Notes under the pieces: generated by a model
Told to the model about the DNA's origin: nothing
The model's database searches: none
What the model saw: only the letters and a program-made list of their open reading frames with translations
Shown here: piece by piece, positions 1 through 11,000 of the stretch
Position numbering within the stretch: position 1 is the first letter of the stretch
Layout of the letters: every line of letters begins with the position of its first letter
Position numbers and translations under genes: made by a program
Source of the DNA: a virus
IMG/VR virus record: IMGVR_UViG_3300042311_000577
Location: 32,001 to 96,000 of that record
Length of the DNA: 64,000 bases
Reading direction: 5' to 3' (one strand)

Positions 1-624
1 TTTATCTCTACTATCGGAAACTTTCAGCAGTGCAGTACACCTGCACAGGTAGTTCAACCTATTAACACTGTTAGTGCACCTGTAGAAGATCCATTAGTAT
101 CTAATTATGGAGAACCTGAGAACCAAACAAATCTTCTTGTACAGATTGCTGAAGAAACAGGTGATGATTCTGTATTGCAAGCCCAATATCCTCTTACACC
201 AAATGATGCATTTCAACCGGTGCAAGAAGAGGTAGAAAATGAAGAGGTTTTGCACCAGTCTGAAGAAGTAGTTGAAGATGTTGTTGAAGACATAGAAGTT
301 CCATTTGATATTGATGAGGATGATGATGCTGTGTTAGATTCATTACTAGTTCCAATAGAAAAACCGGATACACATGAAGATGTTATGGAAATTAGTCCCG
401 AAAATTCTGAGGACATTTTTCCCCAAGATGAAACTGTAGTTTATACAGATCCTATTGGTAATGTATTTCAGGCTCCTGTTGTAATTGATACAATTGAACT
501 TAATGAAAATACTAAAATGGCAGTAGTTATTGAAGAAAATTCAAACAATTCATTTGATGATGATTTTGATTTGAATTTTGATGAAAATGAATCTGAAGAT
601 AATAATATTTCAGATTTCTTTTGA
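1..624 (+). CDS. Hypothetical protein, 5'-truncated, with a very acidic (D/E-rich) C-terminal tail
   Basis: Frame 1 is open from base 1 to TGA at 622-624, so the track start at 175 is internal; followed by a terminator. Confidence 0.75.
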   Translation, partial: FISTIGNFQQCSTPAQVVQPINTVSAPVEDPLVSNYGEPENQTNLLVQIAEETGDDSVLQAQYPLTPNDAFQPVQEEVENEEVLHQSEEVVEDVVEDIEVPFDIDEDDDAVLDSLLVPIEKPDTHEDVMEISPENSEDIFPQDETVVYTDPIGNVFQAPVVIDTIELNENTKMAVVIEENSNNSFDDDFDLNFDENESEDNNISDFF

Positions 625-661
625 TATCCTTAGCATAATAAGGATTATTGGTTAACAATTA

Positions 662-695
662 AGGGGGTAGCTTTCAGCTATCCCCTTTTTTTTTT
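662..695 (+). terminator. Rho-independent terminator
   Basis: Hairpin AGGGGGTAGCT-TTC-AGCTATCCCCT followed by a T run. Confidence 0.85.
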
Positions 696-705
696 AAATT
701 TGAAT

Positions 706-1113
706 ATGGAAAAACAATTAAAAGCAGTGGCAGAGTTCCACAAAGCATTTGGTCAAAAAGATGGTAAATGGCCACAATTATTATCTAATGCAGAGTATGA
801 TTTAAGACATACCCTAATGAAAGAAGAGAATGATGAATACCTTGAAGCATGTTATAATAAATCTTTAGTGGAGATTGCTGATGCTCTAGGTGATCAGTTG
901 TATATTCTATGTGGTACTATTCTTAAACATGGTATGCAACATATTATAGAAGATGTATTCAATGAAATACAATCTAGTAATATGAGTAAGTTAGGTGATG
1001 ATGGTAAACCTCTACTTAGAGAAGATGGAAAGATTCTTAAAGGGCCCGGATATTACCGTCCAGACATTAGTAAGTTTATTAAAGTTGACACAGATGCATC
1101 CAGTGACATTTAG
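706..1113 (+). CDS. MazG-like / PRA-PH family nucleoside triphosphate pyrophosphohydrolase
   Basis: Motifs VAEFHKAF, EENDEYLEA, EIADALGDQLYILCG and SNMSKL..DGKP..REDGKILKG are typical of this all-alpha NTP-PPase family; ATG at 706 preferred. Confidence 0.85.
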   Translation: MEKQLKAVAEFHKAFGQKDGKWPQLLSNAEYDLRHTLMKEENDEYLEACYNKSLVEIADALGDQLYILCGTILKHGMQHIIEDVFNEIQSSNMSKLGDDGKPLLREDGKILKGPGYYRPDISKFIKVDTDASSDI

Positions 1114-1279
1114 AAAGAAAATGATTGAAGCTTACATGGCCGGGGCTGAAGCTATGGCAAGTGGAGATATTGATGAACCAAATAAAAAAGATGCCAGAGA
1201 CTGGTATGATAATGAGTATGGTGTATTAGACACTGATGAGGTTTGTGACTGCTGTGAAGATGAAGATGGAGACTCTTAA
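1094..1279 (+). CDS. Small acidic hypothetical protein
   Basis: ORF 995..1279; ATG at 1094 (MHPVTFRKK) avoids the long overlap with the upstream gene. Confidence 0.55.
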   Translation: MHPVTFRKKMIEAYMAGAEAMASGDIDEPNKKDARDWYDNEYGVLDTDEVCDCCEDEDGDS

Positions 1280-1517
1280 GTGCTTTCAATGTGGTGTAGA
1301 TAAACCACTAGAAAAATATAAAGATAACACTAGAAAATATCAGATAAAAAACTACAAGGGTAAATGCATGGTTTGTAAAGCATGCTCTTTTCACAATGCA
1401 CTAGATAAACTATCTGCAGTAAGATTTGATTTTGAAGAGAATAAGTTTAAGGTAATAAACTTTAATAACAAGTATGAAGTCTTAGACTTCTTTGACAATG
1501 AAGGAGGTGAATTATGA
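1266..1517 (+). CDS. Small Zn-finger protein (CxxC...CxxC)
   Basis: KCFQC and CMVCKAC; probable start at ATG 1266. Confidence 0.6.
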   Translation: METLKCFQCGVDKPLEKYKDNTRKYQIKNYKGKCMVCKACSFHNALDKLSAVRFDFEENKFKVINFNNKYEVLDFFDNEGGEL

Positions 1518-1855
1518 TGTGGTATGTACTTGAAAATCAACATTGGAAAGATTCATTTGCAGAACAAGTAATAAAAAGAGGTTGGGGAAATGGGTATGTT
1601 GCAGTACCACCTAGCCATTGTCTATATGGAAAGGGTGAAAATTCTTATAGCATCAGTAGCAAAATAAAGGTTCATGGTGGATTAACTTATTCTCAACATG
1701 GAGATGGAGACTATGCACCAAAAGACTGGTGGGTATTTGGATTTGATACTTCTCATTTTGGAGACAACTTACAAAGATGGTCAAAAGAAGATGTAGAAGA
1801 AGAAACAAAGGAACTGTTTATACAGTTGTTAGAAGTAGAATGGGGAGAGCTATAA
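1514..1855 (+). CDS. Conserved phage hypothetical protein
   Basis: GWGNGYV..P..H, VHGGLTYS and WWVFGFDTSHFGD motifs of a widespread phage family; ATGA overlap with the previous gene. Confidence 0.75.
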   Translation: MMWYVLENQHWKDSFAEQVIKRGWGNGYVAVPPSHCLYGKGENSYSISSKIKVHGGLTYSQHGDGDYAPKDWWVFGFDTSHFGDNLQRWSKEDVEEETKELFIQLLEVEWGEL

Positions 1856-1874
1856 TGGCTCTCCCCTTTTTTTT
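1842..1874 (+). terminator. Rho-independent terminator at the convergence of the + and - modules
   Basis: GGGGAGAGC-TATAATG-GCTCTCCCC followed by T8. Confidence 0.85.
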
Positions 1875-2012
1875 CTATCTCCCTTGTGCTCTGTAACCTT
1901 TTTTGTAATTCCTTGACTTCTTAGATTTAGAAGTTTTGGTTTTAGCATGTATACCAGGTCTAGAAACCTTTGGTTTAATGTATGCTTTTACTGTTGTTGT
2001 TGCCTTTGCCAT
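1875..2012 (-). CDS. 45-aa highly basic protein (not in the ORF track)
   Basis: Manual translation MAKATTTVKAYIKPKVSRPGIHAKTKTSKSKKSRNYKKGYRAQGR*; fills the gap between the 2020-aa gene and the terminator; the YRxQGR end is typical of small basic phage proteins. Confidence 0.75.
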   Translation of the reverse strand: MAKATTTVKAYIKPKVSRPGIHAKTKTSKSKKSRNYKKGYRAQGR

Positions 2013-2020
2013 ATTATTTA

Positions 2021-5000
2021 TTATTTGATTTTACCTGCATTTTCTAGACCTTCTATAGCTTTATCTACCTGACCACTAGACCCTGTAACACCAACTGTTT
2101 TAAGTAAATGTCCTATAACTTTTGGTCTACCTTTTTGCTCCCACCAGTACTCACCTTCTTTTCTACTATAGAATGCTTTTTCACTTCCTACAAGTAATCT
2201 ACCAAGATCTTGATAGATTTTTGCATATAGGCTTATTGTATTTCCAAATGCTGAAGTAGTTGTACTTGCCATTTTGATATAATCATCACCACCAAGATTT
2301 ACTCCAGCAAGTGACGGTAATGGTACAAATGCTGAGGTTTCCATTTGAGTACCCAAAAGTAAAAGTAGTGTATGATTTTGTATAAAACCAAAAGTTTTAA
2401 AGTCATCTGTACCTAAAGCTCCTGATCTCTCTCTCATTTTTTCAAACCTATCTTTATCATCAGGATCATAACCAAATACCATTGATGCTAACAAAGCAAA
2501 AGTTATAATTGCTAATGATTCACTTAATGCTCTTATCATATCAGCTTTTTGCTGCTCATCCATATAGGCCCAGTATTTACCTTTACTAGTAACTAATTCT
2601 TTCATGCCGAGATATGCATTAAGATAAAAACCTATAGTAGGTTTACCGGTCATCCAATCATATCTTTTTTGAAATTTAGGTTTCCAAAACTTACCATTTT
2701 CAATTTCAACTCTAGCTCCCCATCTGTTAGTAAGCATAGGAATAAACCATTTTCTCATGAAAGTAAACATTCTAAATGGTAGATATAAGTTACCTTCTGC
2801 TTGAGCAAAGTCATCATAAGCACCATATAATCTATGAGAGACACCTTGAAATTTATTTCTAAATTGTTTGAATTTTTCTGATTTAGCAATTATAATTTCT
2901 TGACCTGCTTCAAATTCTATAGCATTAACTACTTTATTTCTAGTTTTTAATTCTTCAACAGTGACACCATAAGTCTTTGCTATATCTTCTAAAGTTTCAC
3001 CTTGGATGTAGGTATGATAGATTGTTTTATTACTCCATGCCGGATCTACACCCGGTAATAACTCAGCTATTCCAGTATCCTTATTAAGTTGCCAAGCATC
3101 TTTATAATTAATTGTAATTGTTTTACCATTAGAAAGTTTTTGCTCTACTTTTTGACCATTAAGAAAGCCTCCGAAAAGTTGTAGTGTTGCCTCCATTTCT
3201 AAGTTCTTTCTAACACTCATCATCCACTCACCATTCATCATGTCTTTTACAAAGTTTCTAGAAACAGATCTACCAAAATCATCTTTGAATTTAAATGCTG
3301 AGTCAAACATTTCAATCAATTGTGATGATAATGCAGGAACACCTTTAGTGTAAATACTATTAGCAGACCATTCAAGCATACTTTGTGCAGCCCATATTCT
3401 AGCTTTAGCTAAATCTTTTACTGATACATTTTCTCCACCGGCAGCTTCAATCATGTTCTGTACTATCTGTCCATATCTGTTTTTTAAGTCAGAAGGAATA
3501 TTTATAGCAAGAGATGCTCTTGATGATATCTTTTGTATTAGACCAACAAATTTATCTAGATAGACAGAACTACCTTGACCACTATACTGTACACCATGAT
3601 ATTCTCTATCTATTAAAGATCTAATCTGACCAGCTCTATTATTAGCGGCTCCTTTTAATACACTTTGTACAAGCTTACCATTTATTTTCTTAATGTTCTT
3701 ACTATATGTATTAGGGTTCTTAGGTGCATTCTTAGGATCTTCCAATGTTTCTAGTATAGAGTTAACTAGAGGTAAAGATTGTAATAACTGACTTTGATTC
3801 TCTAATGAAAGCAAATACTTAAACATACCTCTAATAATATCAGGATCTGTATTATTAATTTCCATATTATAAGTACCAGTTACTGGGATATATGATATCT
3901 CCTCAGCATTTAAATCAGTATTTACTAATCTGTATTCTTCAAGATTATTATCTCTCTGATAGTTATGTTCATTTTCTACCTCATCTACAGATTCTGCAAA
4001 AGTATCTTTTAAATATTGAACAAATCCCGCTCCTATTTGAGATACTCTTTCTTTTGAATTACCACCTCTTATTCTTGATAAAGTGTCTCTGAGAACATAT
4101 CTAGGAACATCAAGATATAATTTAGAATTATTAGACTTATCTTCTTGAAATGATAAATGTGCTTCTTTAAGAAATTCTAATAATTTAAATCTAGGATCAT
4201 TAGGTTGATTCATTAATCTCAAGTAGTCTTGATTCATGAATTTACCACTTTTAGCAGAATTTTTTGTTCCCGGTTCATACATTCTTGGTAAAAACTGACC
4301 CTTATTATCAATATGAGTTCCTACTTCCAGTACTACTTCTTCTGTTGATGGATTATAACCAGTTCTATACTTATCTTTTATTCTATATATAGAATGCCTT
4401 GCATTAGGAACACCATTAAAAGTTTCTGTTTTACCAGTCATTTCATTATAGAGTTCTACTGTTTTGTAATACTCCGGATTTTTAGGAACAGAAATTGAAT
4501 TTACCATAGATCTTTCCCATTTGATTTCCATCTTACGGGTCTTTCTATTTTTTACCTTTCTATATACATGATTATTTTTAAACCATTCAGAAATTTTTGC
4601 ATCTTCAGCTAATAGGTTCTTCATTTCAGAACTATTAATAAAATCTGTAACAGTATCTGCTGTAACCGGTGCAACATCCAATCTTTGTAAATGCTCATTA
4701 AGAGAATCCACATAGTATTCAGTTGGTATCTTTTGTGTTAATGAAGATAACTCTGCGTATATAGCTTGAATACTACTTATTTCACCTATTGATAATCCTG
4801 ACTTGGCCTGTTTTTCTAGAAGATCTACATATCTTGATTTCTGATCTTTAGTTAATCTAGTTGGATCTTTTTTAATAGCGGCCATATAGATGTTTAACTC
4901 TTCAGTTTCCTCGGTAGAGAGGCCGGTTCTGGTATCAAATTTAGCTTTATAATCAATTATTTTTTGATTAAGCTCTTTGATTGTTTTTATTTTGTCTTCT

Positions 5001-8000
5001 CCTAAGTTTTCAGGAATAGGTTGACCTTGTTCATCTTTGTATGCATACATTAAATTAAATATATCATTATATGCATTAGCCATATCAAACTCTTCACCAA
5101 TTACATTAGTTATTTTTCCTTGTAACTCTTTTAGCTGTTTAATAAGATTTGTTCTGGATTCATAAAACTTCTCATCATAAGCTGTTTTAATATTTTGTTT
5201 AACCCAATCTTTTTTAGCCTGTTCTAATTCATCTCCAGTAACATTATTAGCATCTTGTAAAGATAGAAACTCATTAAATGATGTTTGTAGGGACCCTGTT
5301 CTTGGTAAAAATTCATAGAAATCTTTAGTAGAATCTCTATATTCTAGTAAAATATTGGTAATGCTAAGATCATAGATACCATTTTCTGGATCATCAACTT
5401 TTGAAGAACCATCTGCATATTTTAATGAGTATAGATTTTTATAATCTTCCCACAAAGCTTGAAGAGTTGAGTATTTCTGATATCTTTCTAACTCATCTGT
5501 AAGTTCATTTACTTCATTATTATAAGCATCAAGAGCCATTTTTCTAGCAAGCCAAGCCATTTTACCTACCTCACCGTATTTATCAAAAACATTATCCTTT
5601 TCATATACCTCAGGTACATAATCATTATGCATGTAATCTTTTTGAAACTGTCTATACTCATCAACTGCTTTCCGTATATCATCTTTATTTTCAGAAGACC
5701 ATGCTTTCTCCAGATTATATTCTAATAAAGATTGCTCATATCTCCAACCATTACCAAATTTATCTAAGAAAGAATTCACTTTTCTTTCTTTAGCTTCTTT
5801 TGTTTTAGGATCTATATATAATACACTATCTTCAAAAGTCATCATTTTTAATAACTTTCTAGGATCTAGAGTACTATAACCTACACTTTCTAATAAAGGA
5901 ACAAGCTTCCTTCTGAACATGTATGATTTTTCTAGGGCCCTGTTATTAGCTTCTGTTCTTTGGTTATTAATGAATATAGCTAATCCACCTACTATAGGAT
6001 CATTACTAGAAGTATATGACTCAAAGAATCTATTAAACCAACTAACATCTTTTAGTTTTCCAGAAAGACCATCCGTAATCACATCTTGATTAAGTAGAAA
6101 GTTATTATACTCATCAATAAATTTCTTAACATATTTTGCTTCAATCCCCTTTTTTTGAAGATTGTTATATACTTCATTAGCTACTTTAGGATCTAGCATT
6201 TTTTGAGAAATTGCCTTATCATATAAGTCTTTAACTTCAGTATCTGAAAGTTTATTAGTTAAAGCATTTTTAAGATTTTTACCCAGTTCTTCAGCTAAGA
6301 AATCATTCATATAACCAGTTACCTCTACATAGAAATTAACTGCATTTTCTTTATATATATCTCGTATTTTTTTATCAGCTCTTAATAAATTATTTTTTAC
6401 ATCATTAACAAAAGTTACTAGATCATTTTCTTTATCTATATCAAAGTCTTCTTCACTTCGGAGTAGTTCATCAAAGGATTCAAAGGTATCATTCCATGAC
6501 CGGATGCTATTTCTATATAGAAATAAAAGTGCTATTGCATCTCTAGAGTCATAACTATTTGTCTTTTGCAAAGTATCTAAATCCTTATACATGTTTTTAG
6601 ATATGTTATTAATAACAGATAAAGTATTAATAAAACTTCTAGACTTATTAGTTAAGTCAGTAATTCTTCTTTCCTCAGCATCAATAACATTATCCAATAC
6701 CTCATCAACAGACATGTTTTTAGTATTGGTTACTGTTTGATAATCACTTAAGCTTCTTAAAACTCTTGGTAATAATTCATTAGACCCTTTTTGAAATAAT
6801 GCTTCTTTAAGCATTTTTTGATACATTGGTGATCTTGTTCTAAAGTTTCTAGCTTTTTCATTTATTAATCTACTTGCAGCAAAAACATTATTTAAAGATT
6901 CCTGTATTTTATCTCCTTGTACATCTTTAGTAAGTTGAACAGCCATTTGTTTATAGTCCCTGAGAAAACCTAGTAAGTCATCATTGGTTATTTTCCCATT
7001 TTCAAACTCAAAAGTTTCATCCAAAAACATATCAGCCAATTCATCAATAGTAGTATCTACATCTAGTTTGCTTAGTTTTTTTCCGCCAAATATTTTTTTA
7101 AGTATATCCTTTAAAGCCAATAATAATTTATTCATAAATGATTTAAAATCACTTGTTTCAAAATCATCAGTGACTTTAGTTACTGCTTTTGCTTGTAATG
7201 CATAAACAAGAGCTTCCTCTTTAAATAAATAATCACCTTCTGACAACTCAGGATATTCATTTATCAAATGATTTTTTATTATTTTCCCTTCTTCAGTAGT
7301 CATTAATAATGAATAAAGATTTTCAAATAAGTCTTTATTTTCATTATAAAGTGCTCTCAAAAATGGATGAGCAAACTCATGGAGTACAGTATCAAAATTG
7401 ACATTATCTCCAACAACATAAACAGTTTTTCCAAAATAAAACGCAGGTTCACCTCTATATTGTTTTTTTCTTATACTTAGTATTTTTGTAGCTTCATCAG
7501 CTGTAATATTTATAAAACCTACATTTAATTTTTCTGACATTTTTTTAGCAAGACCTATAGCAGCTTCTTTTGCTCTTGCATTTCTTATAGTAGCTTCATC
7601 AATATTTTTTTCTATTCTGCTACTATAATCCATCATTGGCTTTGTTGCACTATCTTGATTGATTGGTGATACATATCCAGATTGTCTCATAAACATAGGA
7701 TCCAAACTTTCATCTTCAGGAAATACTGAATCAGGTTCATTTAGAATATCATAGTCTTGTAATTCCTCCTTTATATCAGCCCGCATTCTTTCATCATCCA
7801 GTACTTCAAATAAAGCATCATTAGGTTGTATATATAATTTTGAAGCTACATCATCTCTCCAATATCTAGAAGAATAAGGATATGAAGTTTCAATTTCATA
7901 TGGTGTATCAAAAAAATAATCACCGGCTCCAAGTTTAATATTTGGATATGTCAATTCTATAAATCTTGTAAATTCTTTATTGAATTTATCAAACTCAGCT

Positions 8001-8083
8001 TTATCTAAGATCTCATTATATTGACCAATTATACCTTTTTTTCTTAAGTCTTCTAGTACAGTGGATTTAGATTCACAAAACAT
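2021..8083 (-). CDS. Giant virion cargo/ejection protein with N-terminal zincin (HEFAH), a LysM domain and C-terminal hydrophobic helices
   Basis: 2020 aa; HEFAH at 7367-7381; LysM-like GETLEDIAKTYGVTVEELKTRN at about 2890-3015; adjacent to the RNAP as in crAss-like phages. Confidence 0.75.
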   Translation of the reverse strand: MFCESKSTVLEDLRKKGIIGQYNEILDKAEFDKFNKEFTRFIELTYPNIKLGAGDYFFDTPYEIETSYPYSSRYWRDDVASKLYIQPNDALFEVLDDERMRADIKEELQDYDILNEPDSVFPEDESLDPMFMRQSGYVSPINQDSATKPMMDYSSRIEKNIDEATIRNARAKEAAIGLAKKMSEKLNVGFINITADEATKILSIRKKQYRGEPAFYFGKTVYVVGDNVNFDTVLHEFAHPFLRALYNENKDLFENLYSLLMTTEEGKIIKNHLINEYPELSEGDYLFKEEALVYALQAKAVTKVTDDFETSDFKSFMNKLLLALKDILKKIFGGKKLSKLDVDTTIDELADMFLDETFEFENGKITNDDLLGFLRDYKQMAVQLTKDVQGDKIQESLNNVFAASRLINEKARNFRTRSPMYQKMLKEALFQKGSNELLPRVLRSLSDYQTVTNTKNMSVDEVLDNVIDAEERRITDLTNKSRSFINTLSVINNISKNMYKDLDTLQKTNSYDSRDAIALLFLYRNSIRSWNDTFESFDELLRSEEDFDIDKENDLVTFVNDVKNNLLRADKKIRDIYKENAVNFYVEVTGYMNDFLAEELGKNLKNALTNKLSDTEVKDLYDKAISQKMLDPKVANEVYNNLQKKGIEAKYVKKFIDEYNNFLLNQDVITDGLSGKLKDVSWFNRFFESYTSSNDPIVGGLAIFINNQRTEANNRALEKSYMFRRKLVPLLESVGYSTLDPRKLLKMMTFEDSVLYIDPKTKEAKERKVNSFLDKFGNGWRYEQSLLEYNLEKAWSSENKDDIRKAVDEYRQFQKDYMHNDYVPEVYEKDNVFDKYGEVGKMAWLARKMALDAYNNEVNELTDELERYQKYSTLQALWEDYKNLYSLKYADGSSKVDDPENGIYDLSITNILLEYRDSTKDFYEFLPRTGSLQTSFNEFLSLQDANNVTGDELEQAKKDWVKQNIKTAYDEKFYESRTNLIKQLKELQGKITNVIGEEFDMANAYNDIFNLMYAYKDEQGQPIPENLGEDKIKTIKELNQKIIDYKAKFDTRTGLSTEETEELNIYMAAIKKDPTRLTKDQKSRYVDLLEKQAKSGLSIGEISSIQAIYAELSSLTQKIPTEYYVDSLNEHLQRLDVAPVTADTVTDFINSSEMKNLLAEDAKISEWFKNNHVYRKVKNRKTRKMEIKWERSMVNSISVPKNPEYYKTVELYNEMTGKTETFNGVPNARHSIYRIKDKYRTGYNPSTEEVVLEVGTHIDNKGQFLPRMYEPGTKNSAKSGKFMNQDYLRLMNQPNDPRFKLLEFLKEAHLSFQEDKSNNSKLYLDVPRYVLRDTLSRIRGGNSKERVSQIGAGFVQYLKDTFAESVDEVENEHNYQRDNNLEEYRLVNTDLNAEEISYIPVTGTYNMEINNTDPDIIRGMFKYLLSLENQSQLLQSLPLVNSILETLEDPKNAPKNPNTYSKNIKKINGKLVQSVLKGAANNRAGQIRSLIDREYHGVQYSGQGSSVYLDKFVGLIQKISSRASLAINIPSDLKNRYGQIVQNMIEAAGGENVSVKDLAKARIWAAQSMLEWSANSIYTKGVPALSSQLIEMFDSAFKFKDDFGRSVSRNFVKDMMNGEWMMSVRKNLEMEATLQLFGGFLNGQKVEQKLSNGKTITINYKDAWQLNKDTGIAELLPGVDPAWSNKTIYHTYIQGETLEDIAKTYGVTVEELKTRNKVVNAIEFEAGQEIIIAKSEKFKQFRNKFQGVSHRLYGAYDDFAQAEGNLYLPFRMFTFMRKWFIPMLTNRWGARVEIENGKFWKPKFQKRYDWMTGKPTIGFYLNAYLGMKELVTSKGKYWAYMDEQQKADMIRALSESLAIITFALLASMVFGYDPDDKDRFEKMRERSGALGTDDFKTFGFIQNHTLLLLLGTQMETSAFVPLPSLAGVNLGGDDYIKMASTTTSAFGNTISLYAKIYQDLGRLLVGSEKAFYSRKEGEYWWEQKGRPKVIGHLLKTVGVTGSSGQVDKAIEGLENAGKIK

Positions 8084-11000
8084 TATATACAGTTTAATGG
8101 GTTATTTTCTCCTTCAAATTTAGCTAAAATTTCCGCATCTGTAATTGGTTGATATTTAGCAACTTGAGAACTAACTTCTTTACTAAACTCTGAACCAGGA
8201 TTCAGATACTGAAATTCTTCAAATAATCTCTTACTTAAATATACAAATAATTCTTGAGGCATCAAAGAAGGATCACCATAACCATTAATAGAAAATGCAA
8301 CATTACCACCATCTTGAATAACTTGATTGATTTCAGCAATAGCTTTTTCAATCTCATTTTGTAGAGCTTTGTAGTATTTAGGATCTGTTTTACTAAAAGC
8401 ATCATCAATATTATTTTGACCAGTTATTATACCTATAGAAGCACTATTAGCAAGTTTTTTCAATTGTACTTGTCCAGTTAGTTTTTTAGAATTAAATTCT
8501 TTCTCTGTAAGTTTTTCAAAATTTTGTCTTTGCCCAAGACTAAATTGATATACAAAAGTTACATCCGGATTATTATCTACAATATACTTATATGCTTTTT
8601 CAGTTCCTGAAAGATCATTATAAACAAATACCTTTGGATTGATAGTAGAGATAAGATTTTTCCTTTCTACCAAGTTTTCTGAAGCTGGTTTAGAAAGTTC
8701 ATTTTGTTCTTCTGCTAATTGATAATAAATAAATGCCGGATCAGATTTAATACTACGGTTAATAGGATTTAGATTTATATAATCTTTTTGATCTTTTTCT
8801 CTTCGGAACCATCTTTCTTTATCATCTAAAGGTGATAAAGTAGATTTACCTCTGTAAATATCATTCCAAGAACTGAATATATTTATTATATTTTCATTTG
8901 GTTTTGAATTTTCATATGTGAAAAAGTCAACTGGTATTACAGTATCTGCTGTAATATCAACTTTATTTCCTTTTGAATCTTTTACTATAACAGCTCCTTT
9001 CAAAGCCCATCCTTGTTTATTTCTAGCAGTTACTTCTACAGTATATCCAGGTTTAGGTATATAATAAGCATAAGTTGTGTATGCAGTCTTTGACCAACCA
9101 AAATGTACTGGTACGGCATTTAATAAATTAAGAGCTTCTTCTAAATTTTCTAAATTTTGCTGATTTGTACCATCAACAATAAAATCAAGATCATGAATAG
9201 GCTCCTCGCTTGGTCTATATATAACTTCACCTTGACCTGCTATTGCTAATGAACCTACAAGAGGAAACTTAAGATCTTTAGCAAAAGTATCAATAATCTT
9301 TTTAGCTAGAGGGTTATTTTTAATAGCCTCGTCATAGTTTAATTTTGGTCTTTTTTCAGTTATATCTGCTATGTATTCTGTATTACCAGCAAGTACATTC
9401 AGTGCAATATGGTCTGCAATTCTTGCATTATAATTCATAGTTTGAAATAATGCAAAGTTTTTAAACATCTTAAGTATTAAATCTTCAATAGCTTTTATTA
9501 AAGTTTTAATAAGTGATTTGTCTAATCCAGCAGCTTCATAGTTTGATACAAGAGATTTGGATATTAATTTACCCATTGCTTCAATCTTAACTTGCTCTTC
9601 ATTTTTATATAAAGGCATATATTCTGCATATACAGAATCATACTCATCCCAAGTTGTAATATTTCTTGATAATTGTTTAATTGCCTTATGATTAGGGCCC
9701 ATTAACATCACAAGCATATGACCTACTTCTTCAGGTATAGTCTCTGCATTTCTATCTTTTGTATACCAGATAAGTTTATTAAGCACATCAGTTGCACCTA
9801 AAGCATCAACTCCTAATTTATCTTTTAGTGTTTCAAACTCTTTGCTTTGTACACCAAATTGTTTTACAAACTTCAATAAGTAATCATCTAATTCCTTAAT
9901 AGCTTTACTAGCATTTCTAGCATCTTTTAATTGGAACATTGGTTCTTCTAATTGATCACCTGTTTCATCAGATTCTGTTGGAGGTAATGGTAAAACTTCA
10001 TTTGAATTAAGACTCTTATCTACATTTAATCCAGTAAGATAATTTTTAAATCTGTATCTGTCTCTGTTTGCTTGACTATTAGTTTTTTCAAACTTATTTT
10101 TAAAATCAACTAGCAATTGAATCTTGTTAGGTGAAGTTAAAAACTTAGCAGTTTCCTGATTCATAATTTCTAAGAACTTATCAAAATCAGTTATGTTTAT
10201 CATGTTATACTTACTCTTATTTGTACCAGATTGCATCATTGCAACATAAGTAATATTAGAGAAGAAATCACTGATTCTATCATTCTCAGTTTTGTCTTTT
10301 ACTTTAATAACATTTCTATCTCCTAGATCCTTTAAGTTCTGTGTATAAGTGTTAGACTTAAAGGAGTTCATATCTTTGTCATCTAGGTAGAAATTAAACA
10401 TTGTTTTGTTGTTATTGATATCCGGGATCATTCTAGATAGTACAGGATAGTCACCTACAAAATCATTTTTATACATAGTTTTTATTCTATCAAGTCTTAT
10501 AGAATAAGCTTGATCATTATCATAGAATAAGTGATATGGATTTAATGTATTATCTAGGGCTCTTGAAGTTAAGATTTTCTCATAAGTATATCTTCTGTTT
10601 TTTGATTCATCTGATATAACACTAGTCTTTTTAGTATTTATAAGTTCTTTTTTGAATTCTTGACTTTTAACTATCTCAGCCATTGGCATAACATGTCTAA
10701 GATATTCTCTCTCAATTACAAACCGTAGATACTCTTCTTTATTTGATGGAGTATTTTTACCAAAATGTCCTGGTTTAAGTGGGAATAAACCACGAGACTC
10801 ATAGCTGTTTTGAGCTTCTGATCCTTCCAAGTAAGCTTTATCAAAGAATTCTTTTTCAATTTGTACTTTATCTACTACTACTGTAGGTACACCTTTTTCT
10901 TCAGTAACAAATGCACCAAACTTAAGACCTGCAGCAGGAGTTACTGAAATAGAATCTTTTAAATTATATGAACTATATTCTTTATCAAGACTATACTTTC

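Noticed and set aside
213-416. 67-aa Ser-rich - strand ORF
   Set aside because: Antisense shadow of the acidic (GAA/GAT-rich) + strand gene
625-699. Possible tRNA or ncRNA in the hairpin-rich intergenic region
   Set aside because: The region is short and has no cloverleaf or T-loop; it is explained by small hairpins plus a terminator
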